From: Octopus sinensis
Taxonomy: Eukaryota
Length of the DNA: 64,000 nt
Assembly: GCF_006345805.1 (NCBI RefSeq)
Contig: NW_021836131.1
Span: forward strand, 62,001-126,000
Direction: 5' to 3'
Made by a program: the position numbers and the translations under genes. Shown here piece by piece: positions 41,150 to 53,620 of this stretch; the stretch's first letter is position 1; the number at the start of each line of letters is the position of its first letter. The notes under the pieces are model-generated. The model was given only the letters and a program-made list of their open reading frames with translations. It did no database searches and had not been told where the DNA came from.

Positions 41150-43481
41150 AAACTAGAAAATCTAGAATTTTAATGACACAAGAAAAATTTGAGACAATAA
41201 ATAGATTTTATCTAGAGAAAACTACAAAATAACTATCCAATATAACTTTACTACATGAATCCACAATAAATAAAACAATCAAAAAAATTCAAAATTGTCA
41301 AGACGAAGCTTCATATGTGGAATTGTTTCAGAAGTCTGGACGCAAAAAGGCAAACAAATTAAGCTTGTTTTCTGAAATTCGGAATATTCTTGGAAATGAC
41401 AATTCTTTAACTCAAGTGGGGCTAAAGCAAAAACTTGCCAAAAATATTTCGTTGCCACAGTTATGTCGAGACGTTAAAGAAGCAGGACTGAAAAGAAAAA
41501 GACTTAAGAAAAAATCTAATATATTATGTCGCGACCCACGCTGGCGACCATCCCACGCTGGCGACCATCAGTTTGACAGGTTATGACCTTCAGTTTGACA
41601 GGTGATTAGTTATTTAATTTAAACCGGAAAAAATTCATTTTAAGAAATGGTTTAGCGTCATTTTAGAAAAAAAATTATGGTTCCTCTCAAAATATGTTAG
41701 CATGAAAAAAGCGACTCAATTTATCATTATTAATGATCGGTATATTTGCGACTCCTAACTCATAGTCTTTATCTAAAGGACGAGAATAACCAAAAACACA
41801 AATTGGTCATTTGTCTGGACAATGAAATGGAGATGAGGACACTAGCATTCGCCATTCACCAAGAATCCCACTGGGGAATACGAAAGCTTCAGAAAAGTGC
41901 AATGAATTCTATTTCACTGTAAAACGTCCAATTATAAAAGACTGCGAAATTTGTAAATTTGCCCTACCATTGAAAGTATTTAAAAAAATATACCTAGGTG
42001 TCGGATTCTAATTACCATGTAACTGCAGGAAAACCCAATGAAAGATTCCAGGCGGATCTTATTGATGTTAGAAGATATAAAGAGTTTAACGATGGATGTA
42101 ATTGGATACTGCCAATTATTGACATCTACAGCAAATTTGTTGTCTGCAAATCTTTAAAAAATATAACTGCTTCTGGTAAGACTTGAAATTTAATTGAAGA
42201 AGTTGTGAATAAATTCCAAAAATTGTTTTATCAAATTGGATATTGTCAGATCTTGCAAACGGGTTGGAATTCAAAAACCAACTTATGGCTCAACTATGCG
42301 AGGAATAAATTTGAAATAAATTAGGGTGTAATTGAGCGCTTAACTAAATAGTAACTTTTTCCTATAATACGACACACCACTCGGCGATCAATGAGACCCC
42401 CTTCAAAAGTTTAGGGGTATTTCTGGAATTAACACTGTGATTTATGAAATACCAGGTTATAATCTTATTTATAATTTAGATGAAAATAACGAGGCATTGT
42501 TTGTCGAAGATGAACTTAATGGTAAATTTACGATGTATTTATTTTTAGAAACGAATAATAAAAGATTGTGGGACGAATCCGTCATTGAAGCTACACAGAT
42601 TTGAATCCCCATATGAAGAAAAGGGAAAAAATATAATGTCTAAATACAGATTAATGGTTAGTTGTCTTTCCTAACCAACATTTAGTTCGAATTACAAAAT
42701 AATTACTATGAATAGAGATAAAAAAATGTTAAGTTTTTTGATTTTTAGCAATTATCTTTAGTCAGTAATTAGTGTCAAACTATGTAGGTCGCCCTGTCAA
42801 TCTTGTCAACAATGAAGGTCGCTCTGGTCGCCAGCGTGGGATGGTCGCCAGCGTGGGTCGCGACATATTATTAACAGAAAGTAATATTGACAAAAGAATG
42901 ACTTTCTCTTTAACGGTATCTGGATTTAGAACCAGAAACTTGTTATTTCTGAATGAATCCGGATTTAATTTGCATACCTCAACAAATTATGGATATGCAG
43001 AAGTAAATCATGATCTGATTCTATATCAACCTGCATCAAAGGGAAAAAATATATCGTTTTGTTCAATAATATCCATAATGGGAATAGAACTTTCTAAAAT
43101 AATTGATGGTGCGTACAACACAATTATTTTTTCTGAGTTAATCAATGAATGTTTTACAAAAGGAATTTTCACTGATGATTCTGTGATAATTTTAGATAAT
43201 GTTAAATTTCATCATTCTTCAAATGTTGTTAATTTTTTCGAAACACTAGTGTTGAGTATTTATTTTTACCTCCTTATTCACCTGACTTAAATCCTATCGA
43301 AAATGTATTTGGGACAATAAAGGCGAATCTGAATTCAATACGTCCAAGAGCTATGAATCAGAAGGCTTTAAAAGAAAACTTAAAAGATGTTATACAATCG
43401 CTTTCTTCTAATTCAATGTTTACCGAGTACTACCGGTCATTTTGGAATAGAGTGAATGCGATTATTAACAGAATTAATTAA
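41150..43481 (+). mobile_element. IS630/Tc1-like transposase, degenerate, interrupted by a Ginger-like element
   Basis: LFLNESGFNL, KGKNIS, ILDNVKFH and PYSPDLNPIENVFG motifs. Removing 41527-42865 plus one TSD restores KSNIL-LTESNIDKR in frame. The element ends were not found. Confidence 0.8.
41527..42865 (+). mobile_element. Ginger2/TDD-like DNA transposon with a retroviral-type integrase (degenerate)
   Basis: TGT...ACA ends with 41-bp perfect TIRs containing tandem cccacgctggcgacca. 5-bp TSD TATTA. HHCC remnants (HQESHWG..CEIC) and ERFQADLID..IIDIYSKF. No direct LTRs. Confidence 0.85.
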
Positions 43482-43568
43482 CGTTTGTTTTTTAAATTAA
43501 AAGTTGGTATTTGTTAATGTAACTTGAAATATACGTATACGACATACGAACATTACTACAAGAATTAC

Positions 43569-44154
43569 AGAATTACTAACAGTATATTTTAATTATAAAT
43601 TAACGTCTTTAGTTACTAATAACTAACTAATCTATATAATTCTCCACCTTTTTGGACCGTTGCACTGGATCTGCGTATTCTCCTCCTCTAACACTTCATA
43701 TGACACATGAGACACATCTTCCGGCAAATCTGGTGGATCTGTTATTTCTCTAGCCAATTTTAGGAGGTGGTTGGTGGCCCTCGAAACTTGTTCCTCATGT
43801 TTTTCAATTTCCACTCCATGTTTATGTTCAACAAGCATGGCCTCCAATGTCTTTTTAATTGTCAGCGATTGTATATACGATCTAGTGGAAGCATCCAACT
43901 TCAGTCTTTCCATATAAGACTTATAGAATTTAGAAACTATCCCGTCCCATGTGAGGACAATGGGGATTATCGTTACCTTCGCACCGTGGATTTGAGATAA
44001 TTCTCCAGCAAGAAGATCATACTTATGTAGTTTTTCTACTCCCACTTGCTTTAACATGGCGTGGGAAGTAATTCCGACTTCAATTAGAGTGATTTCGTTT
44101 TTCGTTTTATCAAGGACAAAGATATCTGGTCTATTGTTTTTTACAGAATTACTA
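43569..44154 (-). mobile_element. 5'-truncated R4/NeSL-like non-LTR element (REL domain)
   Basis: NNRPDIFVLDKTKNEITLIEVGITS..EKLHKYDLLAGEL..IIPIVLTWDGIV. Flanked by agaattac(ta) repeats. Empty site at about 53685-53700. Confidence 0.85.
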
Positions 44155-44179
44155 CATTATATAATTATTTATAATATAC

Positions 44180-45050
44180 GATATATTTATGAAATAAGAG
44201 GATATATTGATGAAATTATACGATATATTTATGGAATAAGAGGATATATTTATGGAATAAGAGGATATATTTATGGAATAAGAATGAATGAATGAATGAA
44301 TTTTTATTAACGGAAAAGCCGAAAAAAGAGGGAGAAAGTTAATGAGACAACGTATGCCTCTTCTTCGTTGTTTCCCTCTTTTTTTTTTTTTTTTTAATAT
44401 TTAATTCGAGAGGAAAAGGCTCTCTCAAGAACACTTCCAACCGTTTCCGTCGCGTCTTCCATCACTTGAGGGATGGGTTGGTCCAACTGGAGTCCATTTG
44501 CCAATTTGATGGCATATCGCCTCGTCTTTTCGAGCTTAGCGATAATGCCATCCCTTTCAGCAGTAGGATACCATCCCTCGAACCCGTAGGTAAGCAATGG
44601 TTCGACGCACGTTTTATAAACATATAAAAACGTTTCCGGGGAAAGGTGGAAGTGAATTATGCTCCTGAGAATTTGAGCGCATTTCCTTCTCCTCGAGTCG
44701 ATGTATCTGAAGTAAGAACCCTTGGATCCAACTTCAACCCCAAGGTATTTCAGGTTCTCCGTTACTGTAAACCCATAGAGGTTTCTCGGCGGTTTTCGTT
44801 TTGCTCCCTGTTTTGCAATCCAAGTGGCGGTGCACTTTTCTTTTGCAAGCGTCAGTCCTTTTGATATGCACCATTCTTCCACTCTTGTCACGTATCCTTT
44901 TAACTTCCTCCACGAGATGTCTTTTCTCCACGAAGCATCCGTTATTAATATGTCGTCCGCGTAGATCATGAGACATGGAATAAGAGGATATATTTATGGA
45001 ATAAGAGAATTTATTTATGAAATTAGAGGATATATTAATGAAATACCCTA
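44180..45050. repeat. 21-bp minisatellite (GATATATTTATGGAATAAGAG) split by a LINE
   Basis: About 4-5 imperfect units at 44180-44283 and 2-3 at 44975-45050. Fewer units at the empty site near 53720. Confidence 0.85.
44284..44974 (-). mobile_element. 5'-truncated non-LTR retrotransposon (CR1/L2/Jockey group)
   Basis: ORF 44394-44969 has IYADDIL, KYLGV and VEPLLTYG..W. (ATTC)n tail. 11-bp TSD atggaataaga at 44273-44283 and 44975-44985. Absent from the copy near 53730. Confidence 0.9.
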
Positions 45051-45202
45051 TATATAGGCATTTTTCAAAAATAATTTACGTTGAAAAATATAAGCCCTAT
45101 TCGATTATAATAATTCGTAGCCCTAAAATGTGAATTAGATCTTGATGTTATCAATCATCATAGATTTTTAAAGTAAAGTCAAAAAATAATTTCATAATAA
45201 AT

Positions 45203-46719
45203 TCAATTTGAATCACCAAAGTTTTGAATAATAAAAGAAGATAAAAATTCATAAAATTGTGTTGCAAACCCATATTTTGCAATCAAGCGTTCAAAAGACA
45301 TGGAAACAAGAGCGCTCGAAGTCAAAACAAAAACGCAAATTGATTCCAAAAAGCGAGGAGATGAAAAAGAAAGTCCAACTAATTCAACCAAATTTTCGAC
45401 GTCATTTTCGATATTTTCAAAAATAAATTGTCCCAATTGACTTACTATATCATTATTTAAGCAATATTTATCAGCAGCCACAAACACTTTGTACAGTCTT
45501 AAGCGATCAATACTCTCCATTCCTCCCAAAAAACATTTGGACGATAAACACCCAGTTGAAATATGAGCCAAAGCCACAATCACTTGATACTCTTCTGCCA
45601 AATAGCACTTCCGAAATTGCATTTCTTGCATTCCAGAATTAAACAATCTTTGGAATAATAAACTTATTTTGATAAATCACTAAGAGAGCACGTTACAGTT
45701 CCATTCTCAGATTCTAATTCTATTGGATCATCCACGTGACAACTGTAGCGACAATTTCCAAACATAATATGACTTTTTTGAATTTGTAGACGACTAGTGA
45801 CAATATCTCCATAGATTAATTTCATGTGAATAATTGGATTTTGAAATGCCAGAGTACTCTTTCTTGGTGAATAATGAAAATGTTCGATTCCAGAAACGTT
45901 AATTCGAAGAGATTTCATAACATGTCGATAAATAATGCACAAATTAGTGAAATGGTAAAAATATTGGGCTGTAAAAATGTCAGAAAACTCCGAACGTTCG
46001 GCACAACAGAGAAAAAAATTTAGAAAAAACTTACAAAGTCCCAATGGAAGGCAAGGCGGATTAGAAATAACTATTTTCTTCAGTATATTGAGCACTCTGA
46101 TAGCTATTGGAACTTGATCGTGATCATAACGAATAGCAAAACAACATAAACAGCCTTCGATTTTTTTCGGACAAACAAAAAGTGACGATTTTGGTTTATT
46201 AGAAGGATATATATAAGAAAATGAGCATTTCATATCATCGGGGAAATCAAAAGACTCGCTGAGAATTAAAATTAATTTATTTACAAATTCTTGAGTCAAA
46301 AAAACTTTAGAGTCAGCATTTTTATCATAAAATATCGAGAGTAATACAACAAAATGAAACTTTGGTAAAATTTTTTTATTGTGGGCCTCAAAAAGATAAA
46401 CCAGCGCCGACCAACAACTACAAATACTCATAGAAGTGCCCCAATATATTTTTAAAATATAAGCAATCAATTGATCGTAAAAATTATAAGTAAAATTGAC
46501 ACAATTAATGGAAGGAACGTCATCCTTCTCATCAAAAAAACACAAATCAATATTATTCAGTGATCTAAATAGATTACAACTATATTCTCCTTTAAATGCA
46601 AGCAAAAGAAAAAACATAAAACATATTCTAACTAAAAAAACATTTTCAGACTCTTGAAGAGCATTATAAATACTCCCAACGACCCCATCAGTCAGGAAAT
46701 CTGTCCAACTTTGTGTCAC
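45203..46719 (-). CDS. Intronless ~500-aa protein with a C-terminal BTB/POZ domain; frameshift near 45672 in this copy
   Basis: The two track ORFs are a single frame in the duplicate at 53885-54676. LFNSGMQE..LAHISTG..VFVAADKYCL..QFIFENI is BTB-like. The N-terminal region was not identified. Confidence 0.65.
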
Positions 46720-49012
46720 TCCACGGCAATCAGAGCCATAATCATTATGTTCCCAATTTAAACCATAATATCTATATTTATCATTATTTTTATTACCTTT
46801 TAATTAGTTCATTAATAATTTTGACCAATCTAATCTTAATTGAATCACTACGGACAAACAAAGGTGTTAAATCAGGACAAGTTTGTATAATATGACGAGA
46901 AAGTTTTTTAAATTTAATTAATTTACTATTTGATGTTTATTTTGAAAATTTTACCTTAAGACTGATAGGGAGTGCGTGAGTAAATTAGAGGATGAATCAA
47001 CTGAAATGCATAATTTGAGTATAAAATTAAAACAAGAAGTTATTTGGGTAAAAAATAAATTTATATTTTTTGTAGATTTTATAAAAACCGATATAAATTT
47101 TATCAACAAAATCAAGTTTTCCTCGCCATTCCATTCGGTTATAAATTGAGCTAAAAATAATATTTATGTATATAAATTACCTATTTTTGAAATTAACTGT
47201 ACAAGGAAATTCTATAAAAATATTAATAAAAAAGTACATTTGGTAGGATTGGGAAAATATTTTGAATTGATCTTAAAGTTCCAGAACGTAAATGTTTTTG
47301 ATCGTCTGACGAGTTGGAAAGGAATTGGAGAAATAAATCCGGACCTTGATGGACCAAGAAGGATTTTTTCGAGTTATAATCTCTGGAATATAGTTCAAGA
47401 CGTTTTAAATAACAAAGCTTGATTTTTGAAGGAATTTTGGTGTTTTTTATGCATTTAAGGTACTTTTTGTATTTTTTATTCGAAAAAGTGTCCATCAAAT
47501 TAACAAACAACCCACAACAACAACCATATAGTCTCGTAATCAACAATATTTATTTTATATAAAATTCAATTTTAATTAAAAATAAAAATTACCATAAATT
47601 AATTATTAAACAAGTTGGGACTATTCGAAAGTAACTTAGTTGGACTGTCGATTCCAGCGTCGGAAGGTCAGGCCTGTTAAAAGATCTCCAACACTAAGGG
47701 AGATGTTGAGACAACTGAAAGCAGATATGTTATGACTTTATATACTCGTTCTCAACATTACAAGAATCGGTTAATATTCGCCATAGACCTGTTTGATTAC
47801 AAATAACTGTTGTCAAAAAATAAAACATAAATATGCTTCTTTGAAGTTAAATATGACCTTTTAGATAGTTATTTTTCCAGAATAATATTTCAGTTTGCTT
47901 TATCAATAATCGTGCTTCTATGTACAATATAAGTAAAGACTTAGAATATAGTTATATAAAGCCGAAAAATTTCATTTCCTAATTTACAACTTCTATGATT
48001 TTCCACACTGCTTCTTTACCGAAAAAAATTGAAATTCTGTTTTAATTTTTTATAAACTTATTTTTCATTATTTCTACTAATTCGTTGAAAACAAAACTAT
48101 TTCAGCCCCTGTTTTATAAGCAGTATTAAAAAAAACTATTTTGATCTTTATCTACTTTCTCTTCCACACGCTCAATACTAAAAAATTACTGTTGTAAATA
48201 ACTTTGTAGAATTAAATATATTTATGATCTTCCGTTGAGATTTCCTATTTGATTTTACACCTCGCTACAAACTTCACACACTGTTCTCTAATTGCTTCCA
48301 TAGTACTGATATTTTTCATACATTTTGTTAATTCTCGGCAGAGTTCAGCAACATCCTCGTTCTATGACGATAAAAATTTCAATATTTTACTTTTCGGGAA
48401 TTTTTAGTCAACTTTTTATTTTATATATTTTGTTATAAAATCATACTCTCAATGTTCTGGAGTGATTTTGAAGGACAAAAGTTGCGCACACACCACTAGC
48501 TTTGAAAGATAGTTCATATAAAAGTCGATTTGGGGGTAAATTATCCATATTAAATGAGATTGTATTTATTCTCAAATTATGTCTTCCGCTCAAGCTAGAA
48601 AGAATTTCATCGACAGACTCGTTAAAACGTCCGTCGGATAAAAGAAAAACGGTTTCTGTTGCATTGTTATATATCGCGTTCGTTAATGGAGGTATTATAT
48701 TTGTCGACCCGCCAATTTCAATAGATTTTAGCCAATTAAGAGAAAATTTGATTTCATCAGGTGTAGGGAATGTGAAATTATTTCTCCATATATGATACTT
48801 CGTGTTAAATGCAATAATATTGAAATTTTTCCCACTATTTAATATCTGCTCCTTAAGATTTAATATTAATTTGTATATATATTTAATACGCGGAATAGTA
48901 GTTTGTACACATTTTTCATATATTCTTTCATCGAGAGAGAAATATCGACCAAAATAAATATTCGACTTTCAATTATCCTGCCAAAGTAATAATAACTCGT
49001 CTCTTTCAACCA

Positions 49013-49320
49013 GCGGACACCTTTGCCCCCGGGACCGTTGCTCAGTCTGCGTCCTCCCCCGGCTTCGCTTCCCGTCGGGCTGAGGAGACGAAGCGGAAGA
49101 AATACGCCTCTCTCCACCAAATTGCCACTTTGTCCCGATTGCTGTGGAGACAAGTGGAGTGATAGGGGCGACCGGAGTGTCGCTCCTGAACGAAATTGGG
49201 AAGTGCGTCCACAAGTGCACGAAGGACCACCGCCAAATCGGCTGGCTTTACCAGAGGATATCGATCGCAATCTTGCGAGGTAACTCGCTTGCAATCCGAA
49301 GTGCAGCCACGACACTTAAT
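49013..49320 (+). mobile_element. CRE REL 3' fragment (second subfamily), antisense within the VWA3-like gene
   Basis: Manual translation ADTFAPG..AEETKRKKY..(frameshift)FVPIAVETSGVIG..WLYQRISIAILRGN. Confidence 0.85.
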
Positions 49321-50199
49321 TAGCTTCATATAATCACGATCAATCAAACCTTCCTTTCGTCAATTTGGCCAATTCTCTTAGCTCGCTTATTACAGAGAAG
49401 TTTATTATTATTTTATTATTATTATTTAAAGACCAATACGGGTAAGCCAGTTAATTAGATTGAATCAAACATAACAACATTAAGAACAATATTGTTTTTT
49501 AACTAATAATTATTCAGATATATGACTTAAATTAAAACCTTATCGTTAATAAAATTTGAACAGTTTTGAGATGAGTCTCCTTCAGTGAATAAATAAATTG
49601 CCTCGGTCTAAAGATTCAAATATTAAATTTAAACATTTTCATTTGCAGCCAATTCTAATGCTTTGAAAGTGTATTCTACATTCCTTTCTGGTAAAGAATT
49701 CTTGTTCTCAATCCATTTAATAGCCTTTTCTATATTTGTTCGATTTGACTGAACTATTTCTTTTGAAAATACAATCGGTTTAGCTGCAACCCTTAAATTA
49801 ATTCCAAAAATTTTACCAGATTAGATTAAATTTATTTATATTTATTAGTTGACTTTTTATTATATCTGTGGCTACGGCTTTATATAGGTTAAATTTTTCA
49901 TAAGATTGAGTTTTCACCTCAAAGACAATAATCACAAAATTTTCAACAATTAAGCCAAAAACTCTTCGACTACCGGAATATAGCCATTCGATGCGTTTTT
50001 GATATAGTTCTTGAATTTTTTTCAATTTATTAAATAAATATAACATTTTTTTGTTATCTCTTGTCACGCTAAATGTTCTACCGTCGATTGAAGAAAAAAC
50101 TTCTACAAACAAGTATATATTGTATCGAGAACAGACTGGTTTTTTCAAAGAGTAAACATATTCCTCGCTTTTTTGAATCCAAATTTTTTAAGAATAAAG

Positions 50200-50894
50200 G
50201 GTACTTTTGTCGAAGTGGTCGCAGTTTTTTTAGAAGATAATTAAAATTAATTAATTTTTTTAGTGAAAAATAGATTATTTAATTTATAACCCTCTATCAA
50301 TAATTTAAATGGTTATTAAAATTATTTAAAAATTTATTTAACCAATTTAGTCATTTTTAGTACGCGGCATCCAAATTCCAGGACTGTAGAAGGAATTTAT
50401 GTCTTTTACAATCTGTGCAAAACATTCCTTATAGTTCTGTATTTGTTTTCGCCACATAAATTCTGAAAAAATAACTAACTAAAAAAACCTGCGAAATAAG
50501 ATCCCAGATGATGTCTTACAGCTCCTCTTTGAGCTTCGGTCCCAAGACTAATTCCATCTGATGTCCCTTCGGACATATACGTGATTTTGAAAGGATATCC
50601 ACATTTTGCAGAAAATGCACTGCATCCTCCTTACTTATTGGGAGCTGTCGGAATTTGATGTTGCATAAGTCCACAACAGAATTTTCCATGTGACCTATAG
50701 TGCCAGTTTATATCAATATTAGGTACATGCTCGCCATAATATTAAAAAAATTAGAAAATAAATTAGTAAAAAATTTAATAATATTTTAAATTATTGATAG
50801 AGCGACTTAAATAAAATATAATATATTCCACCTCAAAAATTATTAGATTTTTTAAAAGGCCTAAAAAAACTGCGACCACTTCGACAAAAGTACC
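50200..50894 (-). mobile_element. Non-autonomous Merlin element, 695 bp
   Basis: 34-bp perfect TIRs GGTACTTTTGTCGAAGTGGTCGCAG.... 8-bp TSD GAATAAAG at 50192-50199 and 50895-50902. Subterminal inverted repeats. N-terminal remnant EDAVHFLQ..SRICPKGH.M. Confidence 0.88.
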
Positions 50895-53620
50895 GAATAA
50901 AGTCCCATGACAGCTTATTGTTGACTAACCCATATTTATGTATCCATTTATTTACGCTTATTTGTTCCTGAGCTTCAGGTGGCACATTGTTACTCTTTTC
51001 TGAATTTAGCAAATCCTGGGTAATTTGTATCACATTCATTCGATAGAATTTGTCAAATTCTAGTTATAATTATTCCAATTATTATGATTTTTGTGTTTAT
51101 TTAACTATTCTTACTTGATTTATTTGTTTGATTCGTTGTAATGTCTTTTTCATTCGAAAACTCTAACATTTGGGTTTCTATAGCACTATTTTTTAAGTAA
51201 TAAGAATTGTATTAAAAAATGATCAGGAAAATTTTTTAACTAATATTAAGGATGAATCCAACATTCTTTTGTAATTATATTTGACGTGCAGTATTCATTG
51301 AAAAGTTCAGGAAGTATTTTACAGCAATTTGAAAGTGAAATAAACGTTGAATGTAATAATTTACATCTATTTTTTATCCGATTTGCAAAATCAATAATCA
51401 TTTCCAATCTGTGATAATATTTATCTCCCCAATTTTTTTGGATAAATATCTTCATTGGATTCCACACCCTATGTGAAGCAATTGAAGCTTTCATTGAATT
51501 ACAAATCCCCGATTCTGCTATTAAAAATACAATATACTTACGATTGATAACTAAGGTCAACAAATTTAGAAAAGAATATTCTTCAATCATTATTGGAGGA
51601 AAAGTAGAATACAATTCGTTAAAGAAAGTAATTATTTCATTTATAAATCTCTCCATATTATCTAAAATTAGATAAATTATTCTTATTAAAAACGGTTATT
51701 TTTAAATTTTCCTATTCCAAGAATAAGATTATCAAACTGAATAATTTGAAGATGTGGATCAAAAGATTGATACATATAGTAAAAAAACATTTCAAAATGT
51801 CCTTAAAAATAAAATAAATACAATCAACCATTTTTTAACAAAATTTTTTGATCATTTTGATAAAACTCAATGAATTCCGAAGCTTGAAACAAATATAATA
51901 AAACTTTTTGTAAAAAGATTTCATAAGCAAATATAAAATTGTCCAACAGATGATCAGGATTCTATTTAAAAATATTTAATACGTATTTATAACTGGTTTA
52001 AATATTAAGTCATTCGCCAAAAAATTAACACGTTCATCTTCATTTTAGAAAATATATTGTAACAAGAGATTATCTTTATTATTAAATCGTCTAAAAATAT
52101 ATTATTCAAAGTCACCATTATTCAAATTAAAATATTCCTGGTTAGGAGAATATGAGTAGTCGCTTACTGATGAGATTACGGGCATGTACACAGCACATTC
52201 CAAATTATTTAACCCCAATGGTTTAGAAAAAGAATCATTTTTATCATTATCACAATTTTGAGAATAATCTGTAAACTATGCAATGCTAATTTACCATGCG
52301 ACATAACAACAAAGAGAGTGAAATGAAATTTTATACCGCGTAATTTATTTATTATATAAACGAATTAATTAACAAATTATATTATTGTGGTTACGCAAAA
52401 AAAAGAATTCGGTCAAGTTTTCGAAAGCTTCATGGACGGGAAGCCGACGCGATCGAGAAAGAATTAGAGCGTACTATCGGCTTACCCCAGGGATCCCCCT
52501 TAACCCCGGCCCTTTTCAACCTTTTCCTGAAAGATCTCCCGCCCTCCCGTGACAATAATGACATTGTCCTTTCATACGCAGACGAAATCGTATTAGCCTC
52601 ACGGGACCGGGATATCCAGAAGACCTCTGAAAGGCTCCAAGCTAACTTGGATCAGCTAAACCTATGGCTGACGACAACCGGCTCTTGGTAAACGCGGGGA
52701 AGTTCGCCACGTCCCTTTTCACTTCCGACAAAAGATTGGGAAGGACTTCAGTCGACTTAAAGCTGAACAACGTGTCCGTACCCTTCTACAGGAGTCAGAC
52801 GGTCCTAGGGGTAACCCTCGACATGCACCTCTGCTTCTCCCCGCACGCTGACAACCTCCTTCGCAAATGCGAAAAAATTGAACGTCCTTAGAACTCTATC
52901 CGGCTCACATTCGGTACTGAGGGGTTGTTCAGGATTACAAGGCCGTCCAATTGCTCGAGAATAGACTTTCCTCGGAAGACATCAACAATTTTTATTGATT
53001 ATTGAGAACTCTATTTGATTTTTGGTTAACCATTAAAAAATAATGATTTAAAGTTGTAAATAAATCGGTTAAAATTGAGATAATAATTAAAATTTACATT
53101 AGAAAATAGAAAAAAATTCTAGATTCCATATAAAAGCTTCGTCTGCTCCTAGCCCTAACTCAAATCTTAAACAACTAACCCTAACTAACCCTATGCGGGC
53201 TTCCAATTCTTAAAAAAATTTAGATGAAAAATTTTAAATAAATCGTTAGTCAATTTTTGTAATTCTTGATATATGTACGTTAGTTTTTTCACCATTCTCA
53301 TCTTCGATCAAGTACATGTCATTTTGTTGATCTACCACAACATATTTGTTGTTTGATAATCCATCGTATAATGGGAGCCTTCGAATATTGGCATCATTGT
53401 CTTGTCTTGGAAATGTATTAATAAATCAATACCTTAGTAATACTGTAGCTCCGACTTTTGTTAATATTGATGTATAAAATAACTATTTATATATTTTTTA
53501 AATATTTTAAGCCAGGTGTCCATTTATTCGCGTGTCCATTTATCCGACTGTGACAAAGGATAAAGAAAATTTCGATTATCTTTTTAAGTCACTTATTTGA
53601 CCTGTTAATTTGTTTTTTAA
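50279..53620. repeat. Direct repeat unit A (repeated as A' at 54737-58090)
   Basis: Near-identical 3.3-kb blocks offset by about 4.46 kb. Confidence 0.96.
52400..52950 (+). mobile_element. Jockey/I-group RT fragment, frameshifted; second copy at about 56870-57420
   Basis: GIPLTPALFNLF..SYADE..LQANL and VLGVTLD..L.FSPH motifs. Confidence 0.8.

Larger units (their letters stand above)
47900..52304 (-). pseudogene. VWA3A/VWA3B-like multi-exon gene disrupted by Merlin and CRE insertions
   Basis: KWIHKYGL, YQKRIEWLYSGSRRVFGLIVE, EAIYLFTEG, LAKLTKGRF, IFILVDISLSM, FNIIAFN, GGSTN and VFLLSDG. Several 21-38-nt GT-AG introns. Both gene ends are approximate. Confidence 0.78.

Noticed and set aside
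41527-42865. LTR retrotransposon interpretation (TG...CA, 5-bp TSD)
   Set aside because: The ends are inverted rather than direct repeats, and there is no gag, protease or RT.
44056-44295. ORF with YIYGIRG repeats
   Set aside because: It is a translation of the 21-bp minisatellite and the antisense strand of a LINE.
44180-45050. CRISPR-like array
   Set aside because: The units are contiguous with no unique spacers, there are no cas genes, and the context is eukaryotic.
53150-53195. Telomere-like ctaaccctaa repeats (also 57617-57663)
   Set aside because: Only 3-4 degenerate units, too short to call an interstitial telomere or a Helentron end.
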